The position numbers and the translations under genes are program-made. DNA of 64,000 bases from Bugula neritina (Eukaryota > Animalia > Bryozoa), in NCBI GenBank assembly GCA_964035545.1, contig OZ037767.1, positions 14,183,801 to 14,247,800 of the forward strand, in the 5' to 3' direction. Under the pieces are notes generated by a model. It was not told the origin of the DNA, did not search any database, and saw only the letters and a program-made list of their open reading frames with translations. This document shows positions 12,623-26,300 of this stretch, piece by piece. The first letter of the stretch is position 1; the number at the start of each line of letters is the position of its first letter.

Positions 12623-15600
12623 TTATTTCCTTTTCTTTGCAAACAGTGAAGAATCAATCTGGCTTGGAGCCAGGCCTTTCACACTAAAACAGGGTCAACA
12701 AGATCAATATGAGAAGACAACTACCAAGTAGTAAATATGAATAATGAGAGCAATACCAGATCTGTAACAATATAACTCAGAAAATAATAAATCCAGGCAA
12801 ACTCTCGGTTATTTTGCACTACTAGCTCACAAAATTTACAATTTAAGTTGAAATTAGAAATAATATTAACTGTATAACAAATAGCTTTCAAATAATAATG
12901 GCTGGTTGTATTCATATTTCCTGTGAATTAGTAGAGGAGGGAATTTAATTCAGAAGTGTGATATGATGATATATTGTGATATACATAGTACATACACTAT
13001 TATATATGTTCAGAAGTGTGATAGTATGATATATTGTGATATACATAGTACATACACTATTATAATGTTCGTTATACTCAATACAGTCAGGTAAATATGA
13101 TCACAGAGAGGAGAAAACCCCCTTGACCTGAAATTGTGATTATAAATTTCACAATAATCTCTAATTAACTTACAGCTTCACGAAGTATAGCAGCTAGCAG
13201 TTGCTTAATATCTAAATGATTGTAGACTCAAAATTGAGTGAATAATTTGTTTCCAGCAATTAAAATGGTTTTCTCAGTCAACTGAATAGAAAGGAGTTGA
13301 TATATATTGTTGCATAACCAATGCATTAGTTTTATGAGTATATATACAGTGGCAGATCATTTGTACACAGCTTTACTTATAATTCGTTTACATTTCCATA
13401 TTTTGCTTGGCAAGAGAAAAGACGAAAGGGTGTTGGGTTTTAGGCCTGTTGTAACTAATTCATGCTTGTAGCTTATTCGTGCTTGTAGCTTATTCGTGCT
13501 TGTAGCTTATTCATGCTTGTAACTTATTTATGCTTGTAGCTAACCAACTGCTCGAATTTTCCAACTGACATACTTACAAGAAAGTTTGGGAAAACACTAA
13601 ATCACTCTGAAGTCAATCACAGCCCTATTTTTATTATAAACCTGAGATATTTTATTGCATTTTGTGTGTGTGAGAGAGTGCACTTAGATAATTAACTTGT
13701 ATCACCAAACAAAACACTCAAGTTATCAAAAACATGGTCAACCAGCACTCGACAAGCTTACACTCAAACTCTAGTATTGCTGCCACCAAAGTGCTGCCAC
13801 CAGAGGGCGTTACCTGAAGAGACGCAGAGCTCGCTGCTCCAAAGAACCACCACACTTTAGCCCTCTTCTCATGAGATCTTGTTTGAGATGTTCTAGACCG
13901 TACCCTTCCAGCTGCTTGGCACTAGTGTGTAGTTCCAAGTCTATTGGTTCGTCGTTAGATTCAGACTCTGTAAATATGCACCACCACCTATCAGTTGAGT
14001 GAATACACAGCGATATAAACTATGGAATATATTATACCTGAGTCAGGCACCTTTAGCTCATGTTGTCTGATAAAACAATAACATTAGAACTGTGTAAATT
14101 ATTCTTAAATAAAAAACCAGTCACGGCGCTGAAAGTTTGCATGTAATGAATTAGTTGGAGTTACGCTCCCTCACAGCAATATAGTTTCACAGATATTGTT
14201 GAATATAGATATCTTATATAATAAAGGATCCACAGGCTGTCTTCAACTAGAGGAGCATAAACAGTAATATACCCTTTTCAGAGGTCTCCAATGCCCCCTT
14301 ACAATGAAGAGTTGTGTCCTCTCAAAATAAAAATTGTTGAAGAAAATGACCTTAAACTCATTTTTGTGGGTTTGGTTGCTGAGCAATGCTGAAGCACCAC
14401 TTTAGCATTGCTCGGTAACCAAAACCACAAAAATACTTTCAAGTTTTTTTTCTTAAAATTCTCCATAAAGAAATATTTTTAAACTTTTTTGAACTGTTAA
14501 TATATGTGCTTATACCAAAATATCTATCTCCTAAAAGAACAATTCCATAACATAATTAGAATTTTAAGTAGCAGCCAAACTTTAAATTTTTATCAAATTT
14601 GCTCTTTATACAAAGGTTCAACCTATTCACTTTGGGAGGACACAACTCTTAATTGTAAAGGGGATATTGGGGACCCTCTGAAAAGTGTCCATTGGTGATG
14701 AGATAAGTTGCAGACGAAAAAATAAAGAATAAATAATAAACAGGGAACTGTCCCTCCTTTAGATGGCAATCTGACCAGACCTCACCTGTGTTGGAGGCTT
14801 CTGTGTGACTGCTTGCCTGGGCTGACTGCTGACTAGTTCCAGAATTGCTTTCACTGTGGGGCGGTTCCTCGCCACCCGCACTGCTCGCTAATCCAGAAAG
14901 TTGAGTTCCAGAACCGGTTGATTTGTCTTCCGAGTCGTTGGTGTCTGAGCTGAGCTGCTCGGGAGTGTCTTCTGTCTTTCCACTTCCTGTTTCCTTACTT
15001 TCCGTGTTTCCACTTCCTGTTTCCTTACTTTCCGCGCTTTCACTTCCTGTTTCCTTACTTTCCATATTTCCATTTCCTGTTTCGTTACTTTCCGTGTTTC
15101 CACTTCCTGTTTCTTTACTTTCAGTGTTCTCATTTCTTGCTTCTCCACTTCCTGTTTCAGAACTGTCGGCTGAATCGGAAACTTCTGCCCGGACCTGAGC
15201 CGCCAACCCGATGCTCACCTCATCATCACTTGAGGACAATTCATCAAGGTCAAGGCCAACTCCAGCCCTTAATACAGGATATGAGTCACTACGTAATACA
15301 TCATATCACAACACAATGTTGTGTCACAACATTTTATTTGAACAAATGTTGAGACAATATTACATATATGATGCTTTATTTGAAAAAGGATATTGGCTAT
15401 TTCACTTTCTTCCACTGGTTAACTACATATTGTAGATGTCTCAGCAAATAATAGTTGTAAACACAACTCCAAATAATTAACAATTTTATTCATTTTATCT
15501 ACCACACCATGTGACAGCATTCACAGTGAGTCTAAAATGAGATTACAGATCTGCTTAAGCCAATTTGTAGCTGCCTGCATTTTAAAACCCTGCGACAATT

Positions 15601-17986
15601 TTTTAACCTATTTCATAGTGAACTTAGTAGCTATATTCTATACTTACCAAGTGCCAACACTAGCTGAAGCTTTACTTTTCTTACTAGTCGGGGCGGATAA
15701 TTCACCCCCCTTAGCCGCTCTCTTCATTCCCTATATAAGAAGAAATCATAAGCTATTAAAAAGCACCTCAGAGTTAGGCAATGCCTGACAATGTCAAACT
15801 GGGTCATGATTTGCACCAAGCACAAGTACAACATAAATATGCTTTTTTTTAATCTTCAAATTGAAGCATTAACTATAGAATTTTAAAAGTAGAACCATTT
15901 TAGAAGAAAGCAACTCTAAATATATAGAGAATAAAACTATCTATAGCAAAATACTTTCAATAAGACATAGACATGTTACCAATAAAACTAGTTTGTAACT
16001 ATATTGAGACACAAAACTGCGGCGGCTGACCTGTTAGACCAGCACATACCTGCGTTAGCGCATCGTCTAGGTTGCTGGCCACCTGCTCCTTCTGCTCCAT
16101 GTACTGATTGTCAGCAAACCTGTGCATTCTACCCTCGGCCTCTGCTCTACGTCTCTCCATTCTGTCTTTCCGCCTCTCCTCTCGCTGTTTCTCTCGATCA
16201 GACGCCCCGGCGACCCACTCGGCTAGTCTGAAAATCCACAGCACGCGATAACAGAGAAGCATAATGTCCATGGAAAGCATATTCAAACAGTTATAACCTA
16301 TTAGACACAGGTTAGTTCACTGAACGCCAGAGAAATGTAGATGTAATAGAATTGTTAATTTCATTTTATTTTAAAATTGCAAAACCACTCCATCAGTAAT
16401 TTTTAGTCGTGAAACCTCGTCTATTAGCTGTCAACTTAAAGCATTACATAAAAAAGTTGAAAAGTCACTTTGGACTACGGCAAATAATTAGAAATTTATC
16501 TTTCCTTCAAAAACAAGATATTATCCTACTAACGGTTTAATACAGTTAAAATAACAGGTGGAAATTACGATAGAAAGTAATGTTTTGAGCTAAAAAGCAT
16601 GGGAAAAAATAATTCAACTAAACACTCTTGCCGTAAAGATTAAAAGGTTTCAGGTGAATTGCTAGAAAATAATTATAAATCATCACATGATGCTATAAAT
16701 CCGACCAAAGATACGCCATACTGACTTCTTCTCGTTATTAATATCTCTCATACGTCTGCCACTCAAATCCCGCATAGCCTCTTTGTTGGTGGTCTTCTCA
16801 ATCTGTGCTCCAATAGTTCTGAGCATAGAGCCAAACCCTGCAACAATGAGTCAACAATGAGTCATCACATCTTTCACTAGTTTCTGTTGAGAATGGAGGT
16901 TTACTATTTCAGAAGTCGATTATTAGCTGTGGCTATGCGTGGGTTTATGCTTCTGAAAGCTATAGTATTTAGAACATAATCAAAGAAATTTATAACTGTG
17001 GAATTTAACTACCTACCTCCTTTACCACCTCGAAGTCGATGACATACACGATAAACTTTGTCTGGTTCGATGCTGGCATCTTTTTCCACTCTTCGGCCAT
17101 TGCATAGCAAATATATATCATCTGAAATCTATCAATAATACCACCTTAGTAAAGGATTATTTTAATGAAGGTTTACTTTAGTGAAGTGCTATTTAAGCTT
17201 GTCAACTGACTTAAGTAAACTCAAAATCAATTATATTTAGACATAAAAGTTAGCTCAAGTTAGTTTCAACCCACATAATCAATTTTAGGTTAAATAATTT
17301 TACTTTCTAAAATTTTTTGTATTTAATTTTCTGTAAATTATTTATTATTAAAATTAAAATAAGTGTAACCAACAATCTAAAAGTAGATAACTAGGAGTAG
17401 GTCTAGAAAAATGAGATTAAAATAAAAATACTTTCTTTATATTTACCAATTACATACATGATCAATGATTATTGACTATTCTCTAAGAGTAAAACTAATG
17501 CCTAATGATAATTCCAACAATCAATAAAAAAACTCACGCAAGTTTATAGTCACCATCCCTGTGAGAAACCCCTGATGGAATTGGTTATTGTTAAATCGGA
17601 CTAAGGACTTATTCAGATGGGGCACAGGAGCAATTATGACTGGATGCTCTTTCTAGCATCACCAATAGCCTTTGTCGGGTTCGAGCCCATGACTTTGTGC
17701 TTACAGTTACTAGGCAAACGCTTTAACACCTAGACTACCCAACAATCAATGAATAATCAAAATCACAATGATTGGTAATGGACATGGTTAAATCATCACC
17801 ATCATGACTTACAATTACTATTAATATTAGTGAGTTATTTTTACTTTTAGTTTTTAATTTTACCTGAGTCTCAGTCCGATAGTGATGGCCATAGTAGTTC
17901 AGAATATCCGCACAAGTAAGGTTTTCAAATATCTTAGAATGATGATCATTGATATTTTGGTAATCGAATTTCAAGCTGTATTCCAT
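12623..17986 (-). CDS. SDE2: SDE2 (splicing / replication-stress regulator with cleavable ubiquitin-like N-terminus), 8 exons, ~434 aa
   Basis: Exons 17986-17864, 17128-17017, 16837-16726, 16227-16050, 15730-15648, 15267-14786, 13967-13814, 12683-12623 (TAA), all phase-consistent. Diagnostic RLRGG|[39 protein letters not shown] and C-terminal SAP-like [36 protein letters not shown]. Confidence 0.95.
12949..13064. repeat. 60-bp tandem duplication
   Basis: TTCAGAAGTGTGATA..TGATATATTGTGATATACATAGTACATACACTATTATA present twice. Confidence 0.9.
13458..13541. repeat. 17-bp tandem repeat, ~4.5 copies
   Basis: GCTTGTAGCTTATTCGT units. Confidence 0.9.
14269..14690. mobile_element. MITE related to the 6795-9228 element, in SDE2 intron 6
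   Basis: Imperfect ~55-bp TIRs (ATACCCTTTTCAGAGG... / ...CCTCTGAAAAGTGTCC) flanked by AT; 14415-14690 aligns with the right arm 8950-9228; central hairpin 14361-14432. Confidence 0.75.
14977..15158 (-). repeat. 30-bp coding minisatellite (~6 units) encoding [10 protein letters not shown]-type decapeptides in SDE2 exon 6
   Basis: Repeated TTTCCACTTCCTGTTTCCTTACTTTCCGTG on +; translation [50 protein letters not shown]. Confidence 0.9.
17526..17737 (-). mobile_element. SINE family A, copy 3 (SDE2 intron 1)
   Basis: Near full length: AAAACTCACGCAAGTTTATAGTCAC...GGATGCTCTTCTAGCATCACC...CCTAGAC on +. Confidence 0.8.
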
Positions 17987-20308
17987 CTTAGTGTCCGTTT
18001 GTTGCGTATTACTATTACAATTATAACTATGGCGATCAGAAAATTTTAATTAATTAATTATTAATAATTTTAAGCTCGAAGTGAAAGTTGAATCAAATTC
18101 GATATTATTATCTAAGACGACTGGTGAGCAAGAAGTATTAAATTCATAAAACAGTCGTTCAAGAGTTCTGCAGTCAGTAGTGTCAAAAACTGATCAAACA
18201 GTGATTGAGTAGTTGCTAGAATTACTAAACTATAAGGAAATGAATATACGACAGTGAGACAAAATTCCAGTTCTGCCAAGAGCTTAAATTTCACAAATAA
18301 ATGAAAAATGGTAAAATTTGCTGAGAAATATCTGAATTAGCCTAAGAGTACAAATTATTTTTGATCCGCTGTTATTTTACCAGCGCTGAGGTTGTAAATT
18401 AATATAAGACAACTCTTTGAAAATCGTTATTTGAAGATGACATAAATAGCTTGATAAGAAAGACAACTCTATAGTTGACGGATTGTGCGCAATTAATGAT
18501 ACTATTTACATTTACATTAGGCCATTCAACCATCAAAATATGTTACCTTTACGATATTCTATTGAATGATTCAATTTGCAAAGTTTACAGTTTGCCGATA
18601 AAAAGGGGAAAATGTTTGTAATAAAAAGAGTTATAAACTCTGGCTCTAAATAAAAAGATTTGCTGCAAGTGTTCACCCACTACCTGTTCTTAATTTTAGA
18701 GCTATTATGAAAATATATTATGCAGTGCTCCTTTTGTGTCTCACTTTATGCTTTGGCCGCGAAACCTCAATTCGTGACATAGTAGAATACCAGATTTATC
18801 TCATGATACTGGTAAATTCAGCCATTTTGTCCCTGTATACACATGCCTAATCTACAAAACCGAGGTCCACAAGCCTTTCTCTTGAGCTATAGAATTCATT
18901 AAGAAATGCAACTGTGAGATACAGAAGGAGCACTAGCTAGCTGTATTACCAATATCACTTTGTTGCAAAGTATATTTGCAATATATGTAATATAGGCGTC
19001 CAAACTGAGTTATACCAACACAAATATAGCATTTGTAGCCAGAAAGCATCTTCATAACCTAATTATGCATGACTTGAAATTTAGTTAATAAAATATGACT
19101 TACAAATTCTTTTTCACAAAAAGTTATCTGAATCAATTGAATGAATTGTATGCTATATAATAAGGAAGATGTATTATCCAAAGTTGAATAATACATTTCC
19201 TCAATAGCTTTTTATTCCTGCATGATAGAGTATATTAATATACAGCGCCCAAAGCCCTATCTTAATAAGGATCAGTAAATCTTAATGATGCATAAGATGC
19301 TAGTATTGATTATTTGAGCTGATCGATTTGTTTAATCTTTTATTTGTATTATGTGACCAAATAACCAATAAAAATAAAAAATCTATAATATATATCCATT
19401 AAAAATAGCATGTGGAACATAATATAGTATATTAGATAAAATAGTTATAAGCATTACCACGTAATATATTAGTATAAAGAAACATGATTGGTTTAAAACA
19501 AAACACCGACATACGGGAAATCTGACTAAATTTATGTTAATTTATGCATCTTCATGAAATAAACAATTATTATAATATTTATCCTTGAACGATGTTCAAC
19601 AGCATCACCCTTAGCTTCGATAAGCCAGAGCAAACACGCTGCAGCTACTGTCAGCTGTTCGCAACCCTGTAATTCTTGATAATATAGAGTTAATTATCTT
19701 AATACATTTTTTCTGATTGGCAAAAAGAGTTGGCTGAGTTTTGAGCATGAAGGTGTACCTTGCAGTAGTTTGGGGGGGGGGGGTGATCAGAATCATGCCA
19801 CCGTGAACTTTGAATAGCTTTGGTCTACACTGATATAATAAAAACATCAACTTAATGAAGAATACAACACCAAAGTTGATAATCTAGTAGGCTCTCTGTG
19901 ACTGAAAGCAAAAAACTTTGACACTTAAATTCACATGATTTGGCTCAAATTTGTAATTAAAAAACTAAATAATATTTCTATATACAATAAAAAGATTATA
20001 GAATAGTATTATAACCATTTGCTACAAACGAAAACCAATATTGTTCAGCAGTTCATTTTAGGCAAAAAAGAGCATAAAATTTTCAAATAAATGCAAAACT
20101 CAACATTATTAGCTCATACCTGCCACTTGGATAAAACCAAAAATATATCAAATATTCACGCTGAAACTACTAGTCGCTATGTTCTGTACCCAATTCATAT
20201 TGATAGATAATGTTTCCTCAAATGGCAACCATGTTGTCTCTTCTATGGCAGCCATCTTGGTTTCAAAATGATGACCATGTTAGTTATGATGAAACTGTTT
20301 TATCTCTA

Positions 20309-23300
20309 TCACATGGCGGCCATATTGCCGTAGCTATCCATCATAGAATGGTGAGAGGGAAGTAGCATTTGAGACATGTGACTCGTAGGACCAACTGGCC
20401 CGTAATGGCTTTGCATGTGTGGAGCCTGGGGAGAATAAGCACCTGAAATAAATTTCATATATCATGACTTAACTCTGAGAACAATGGCTCGAATATAGTT
20501 TTTGAAACATAAGATAGTATGCTATAAATTATCACCAAAAGGGGCCATAATTTACTAAAAATCTGTATACTTTGATTTACTGTAAGTGTAGAAACGAAAC
20601 TCCAATCTGTACTGCATAAAAATAGAATTCAATTTTTAGACCAATTGCTAGGTCAAACAATGAAGAATGAAAATTATTCACAAAATGCATTTGACTGCAT
20701 TTAAAACCCAACTTCAGCAAGATGATAGGTGAATCCAATAACAAAATTATACAGAGTAGATTATTGCAAATAAAAGTTGTCTGCTCGCGTGTGAAGGCAA
20801 CTCCAAATAAGGGCAATAGTGTTGCTCATAAAAAACTATTTATGTACATACTATATTATAGGTAAAGTACCCAGCTAGAATATAGGCTGTGGTTTACCTG
20901 GCATAGTAGGGATGCTGGTAGGGGCGTGGCTGGTCATGTAGCTACCCAGCCTACTGGGGTCAGTCATATACTGTTCATGTCCCCTGCCCCCTCTATTGCT
21001 CTGATCTATCATAGGCTGCACTATTCTCCGTCTTGCATTTATAAACCTTCAAGTAACAATATAGACTTACATTTCAAGTTTCGAGAAAAATGTTAGGTAT
21101 ATATGATACAACCTTAAAGCCTTACAACCTTAAAATGCTAGAAACATCTTTTAGCAAATATTGGTTACATTTTATCATTTGTTTATAAACTAAATGCTCT
21201 TGCATAACACATACTTGTATTTGATCTTTTTTTCAGTGGTATAATTGTGAAAGTTTAGTTTATAAAAAACAGTTTAAATGCGTCATGTGTTTTTAGCAGT
21301 TGTGTGGTGAGAAAACTGCAAATTTCAACAAAATACTCTGTCATTGGAATGTAAAACGCAGAGTCATGAACATAGAATAGAATTTTAAATAAAATCTTAT
21401 GAATGAAACAACATCCTAAAATTGATAAGGTTGATGAAAATTTGCTTTTAATACATTGTTATATAGTTCAAGCTCTGATAACCATTCTTTTGTTGGCCTT
21501 TGCCTAATACTTTAATATTTTATGTCAAGTAATTTCCAAGGACAGCAGTCGCTAGGCTATTGCAAGTACTTTAAAGTTTACATGTTTTGATGCAGTAGTG
21601 CATATTTACAGAATTCAAGATTAAACATAGTAATATAGAGTGATGTAATCTTATCCTTATAACAGGTGTGCAATGTTATCCCAGTGGCCAAGAAATTCGA
21701 CCATCGCCCTTTAAGCAAAATAAAGTTTTGCAGTTTGACATCGGAGAAAATGTAGATGAACAAACTTTTCTCTGTCTTGTTTGGTCTTTATATATAATTT
21801 TTTGACTTGATAATTTCTTGTATGATATAAAAAGCAGAGAGCAAGTTTGCCACTAATATTGGATTGTGTGGGCATATAACTGGTTTTCGTAGCTTTTCCC
21901 TCTGGATGCTGTTTTATAACGTTTAGTAGAGAGTTAGCTGCTGTTAATTAAATTAAGCACACTCATTATCTTTTTGTAAAATAACTACCAGCAGCAAAAA
22001 TAAGAACAAGCTTCTCAGCAATTCCCAGAGCATTTTATAATTACATTTTTATCACAGAGTTGAAGATGAAAAACTGCAAATGTTTGCCTTAGTTTTTATT
22101 GGCTACTGCAAACAATGAGGGGGGCGTAGTGTGCAAACCTTTTGAAAGTGTGTGATAATAGAAACCTTCAAGAACTTTAGAGAAACTGGGGAACATAGCC
22201 TGTGGCATAGAGAAGAAGGGGTTATAGCCAATTGTCTAGTTTAAGTAGAAAGTCAAGGACTATTGAGTCTATATAAAGGGCTAGCTTCTTTATCAACTTG
22301 GTAATAGCTAAAGGGGCACTTTTAATGACCTTCATAAAAATAGATGAGTAAAATAAGTAAAAGTTAATTATTGAAAAAACTTGTAAATGGCCATTTTAGA
22401 ACCGACATTTTCTATCTATCTCAGTGCTGATCTGTAATTTATAACTTTGCAAGTTCAACGGACTACTTCTCAGAAAGTTTATAAATCTGATTGATGGAAC
22501 TAATCCATGAATGGTTTGTCTTGAATTCTTTTGATATTTAATTATGCAAAATAACATTACATCTCCGATTGACATCAACATGTAAATTCAGCAAGTGCAA
22601 TAGTCAAGATACGGACATGAGTGCAGAATAAGGTCACCAAACTATACACTATAATCTATGCTAATTTTATTATGCTCAACATATTCATGATAATTCCATT
22701 ATATTAGTATTTTACCATTATTATGCATAATTTTGATTATTAGTAATATTTATAACACATTAAAAGATAGCTATTGATAAAATTATAGTCTGAGAAACTA
22801 ATCATACGAATAGACTGAAAATCAATTTAGTGGTATGTGGGAGATAACATGAAACTGATACTAAATTGATTTTAAATTGTAATAATTAGTAAAAAGCTAC
22901 TAGGCAGTCTGAAGTCAACTCAGTTTGAGTTTCTTCCAGATGTTTAATGATCTAAATGTTCACATTTTTTCAGTTTATGCAACGAAAGTGAAGCAAGCAG
23001 AGTGTTTATTGAAAGGAAGGAATCTTTTTCTTAGTGGAATAAACTATTATGTTTAAAAATAACAGCATACGCAGCAGAGAAATGGAGCAGCATAGTCTAG
23101 AGGTTTTAGTCCAGGCTATTGATGATTTTAAAAAAGCCCCCCTGATTACAATTTACTTTTTTGCCCCAATAAAAACCAGTCAAACCATGTGGCCAGCATA
23201 ATGATAGGCACAATATTTAGCACTCTTAAAAGACCTCACCATCAGGGGTTTCCACAGACTTTAAGCAGACGAAAGTTTTCTTTGCGTTAAAATTGCAAGC

Positions 23301-26300
23301 AAATACAGTTCATACTTTTTGACATTCCTCATTAGTAAGGGTTATAAGCAGCACTGGAGCAATTATAACGAGATTTCCCCCATGACATCACCGCTGACCG
23401 ATTGAGGAGTCAGTGTCCACTAGGTCAGCATTCTATGGCTGCTCTACTGATGAATAAATAAAGCAATAACTTGTTAATAAACTTACCAGTTATTTACTTG
23501 TAATATTTTTAATCCAGTTAATTCGGACAAGGTTTTCTTCTGGTCCTCAGATGGATAGGGATGCTGTAACAAAATAAAATACAATTACTGTAGGATTATG
23601 GAGTTATCTCCCAATTTTCAACATGATCGCAGAACTTAATTAAATATTTCTTTATTAGCTAGCTGCTAAATATCATGTATAACAGTTGGGCTCATGATAC
23701 TCTCTAAAATATCTTTTAATTAGCTACAACTATTGAATAACAGTGACAGTTGGTAAAATGTTAAGACACATTTGTTGTATATTGCAGCTGTCATAAAATA
23801 TCAGTTGGTACAAATGTCTGCCAAATAATTATACTCAAATTATCTTTTCATGGGCAAGGCTCTAACGATTTCTTTGAATCAAAAGGAAAGATAAATGTTA
23901 GCATTATAAATAAACCAGCCAAGATGAGTCTAGTAGCATTGGCACTGAGAATTCTGACATTGTTATGTAAACAGGATTGCTACTGTAGCTTCACGCACTG
24001 TATCTAGCTGCTGCGCTACATCTACACATTGTTTACTGCTCATAGGCATGAGCTAGAGGGATATGTGAATATTAGGTTGATGTTATCGTGTGATTTTGAC
24101 ATATGCATGTCTAAACTGGAATCGTATCACAATATGGCAACCTTTATTTACATAATAAAATTCTATGTTTATAAATACATGTGTGTGTGGCTGAGGGCTT
24201 GTATTACTACCATACATACGTTTAAATGCTGAAACAACCAAGCTCTCATCGCTGTTGTGGCATGTTTTGGAAATATTCCTCTCTTCTTTTGTCTAGGTTT
24301 GCCGTTTAATCTATCTTCACCGTCTTCGTCATTAGTGCCTTCTCCCGAACCCATACTATGGTCTATGCCATCACCTGTAAGCACACTGATCTATTAACCA
24401 TGTTATCAGACTATTGCAACACAATGAGCTCTCATCATTTTAAGCTAACAATCAATGATTTCTACTGAAATATCTCTCTATTAAAATATTAGAAATGGTA
24501 AATGTAATCTTAGTGCAATTTAAAATAACTTTTTTAAATGTAATTTTTACTTTTTATATTTTTAGAAAAGTGTTTCATGATTTACATCATCAATACAGAG
24601 TTCGGTTTTTTCACTAAATTTAACTTTTTAAGTGACTATAAAAAAGCAAATGGCGTCTCCCAAACATCAAAGAGAGTGTGGAAAGATTGCTCTGCAGAAA
24701 TTGTTGACTGATTGAAAGATGTCTATATTTGAAATAACAATCATGAACTGAAAATTCTGCTGGTAAATTAGCATATTCTAGAGAATTTTTAATTAGTTTG
24801 TGGTTTTGAACCATTTATATGTTATCCTGGTTTTATACATTAACTTCATTTGCCATACCACAAACAACACTAATTTTCATTTGATTTCTGCTATTTTTTA
24901 TATTTCAGCATCTAATTTTAGTTGAAATATATTTCTTTCAATGTCCAAAAATAAACCCAAGGTGTTGAATTATGACAGTTCTGCTGAAATAAAGTTGCCG
25001 AATTAATTCAATTTTTTAGGGATAGACAAAGCTATGAAAAATTTTAGAATTCGAAATTAATTATAATAATATGTCAATGCATAGAACAAAAATTCATAAG
25101 TTATAGAAATGCTACCTGAAAGAGAGAGGATGAATGTCATATATTACATCATACGCAGGATTTTTATTTCTACATTAATAATCATCAGCCAGCGGTACAC
25201 AAAGATAACATGAGCTTACCAGTAAGACATTTAAATTGATTTATAAGCTACGATAATATTGGAAAAAAACTAAATATTGGACATTATTAGGGTAATTATT
25301 GCCTGGAAATGTTTATAATAATAATAAATTACTATGCCTAGGCATAAAGCGTATATAGGTTCACAGAAATTAAATTGCATAGCTAGTAAAAACAGCACTA
25401 TATTACTTTAAACCAGAAGCTAAGGCAGGCCAACTTGCAGATATAAAAAAGCAATGATTAATTTCGGTTTCAAAAACTAGTTTAAAAAAATAATCAGTCA
25501 ATGTTGATAATGCAATAGAAAATCGTATTGTTGAATGTTGTATTTTAGTGAGAAAGATATTTGCCTATGAAGAAGGTTTTATACATCAGGCTCAAGTTAT
25601 ATTCATATAAACAAAGTTGTATACACTTTACTAAAAAAACTCACACAAGATTATAGTCACCATCCACGTGAGAAAACCCCTGATGGAATGGGCTTTTTTA
25701 TTAAATCAGGCAAGGAGTTGTTCACATGAGACACAGGAGCAATTATGACTGGGTGATCTTCCTAACATCACTAATGGCCTTTGTTTACACTTTAACATCA
25801 GAGAATTTACTGCTGCAGTTCTAACAATTGCCATAAGTGAAACTTCACATGCTTGAAAGCTGAGAAACTGGAGAAGAAGTTATATGGAATTTCCAGTCCC
25901 CTTTAATTTGCAATTTTTGTATGAAGTATGTATATCAGATGTTACTGTTATGATTAGCAAAACACAGAGTGTAATCTGAGAGTAGAGCAAGCTAGTGCAA
26001 GGCAATATAGATACAGTATATCCTACACCATAAACTACAAATTAGATTATCTATGAACTTTGAGCTTGTAGCTGTGGGTAGAATTGGAGCTTGCAACTGT
26101 AAAATATTTGCCTCCACTATAGGGTTCGAACCCTAGACTTCCCTCTGGCTTGCAAGCAGGCGCTGCTAACATTACACCACAGGGGCCACAGGGCTGATTC
26201 AACACTACAGTAAATTTTGCTCTAAGCAGATCTAAATTCTCTACCATTAAGATTCTGGTGCAACTCAAAATATACAAATTCTAAACCTGAGCCAACATTA

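Noticed and set aside
11412-13541. Short direct repeats resembling CRISPR arrays
   Set aside because: Contiguous tandem units without unique spacers; eukaryotic context; no cas genes.
14888-15435. Overlapping alternative-frame and antisense ORFs
   Set aside because: Shadows of the repetitive SDE2 exon 6.
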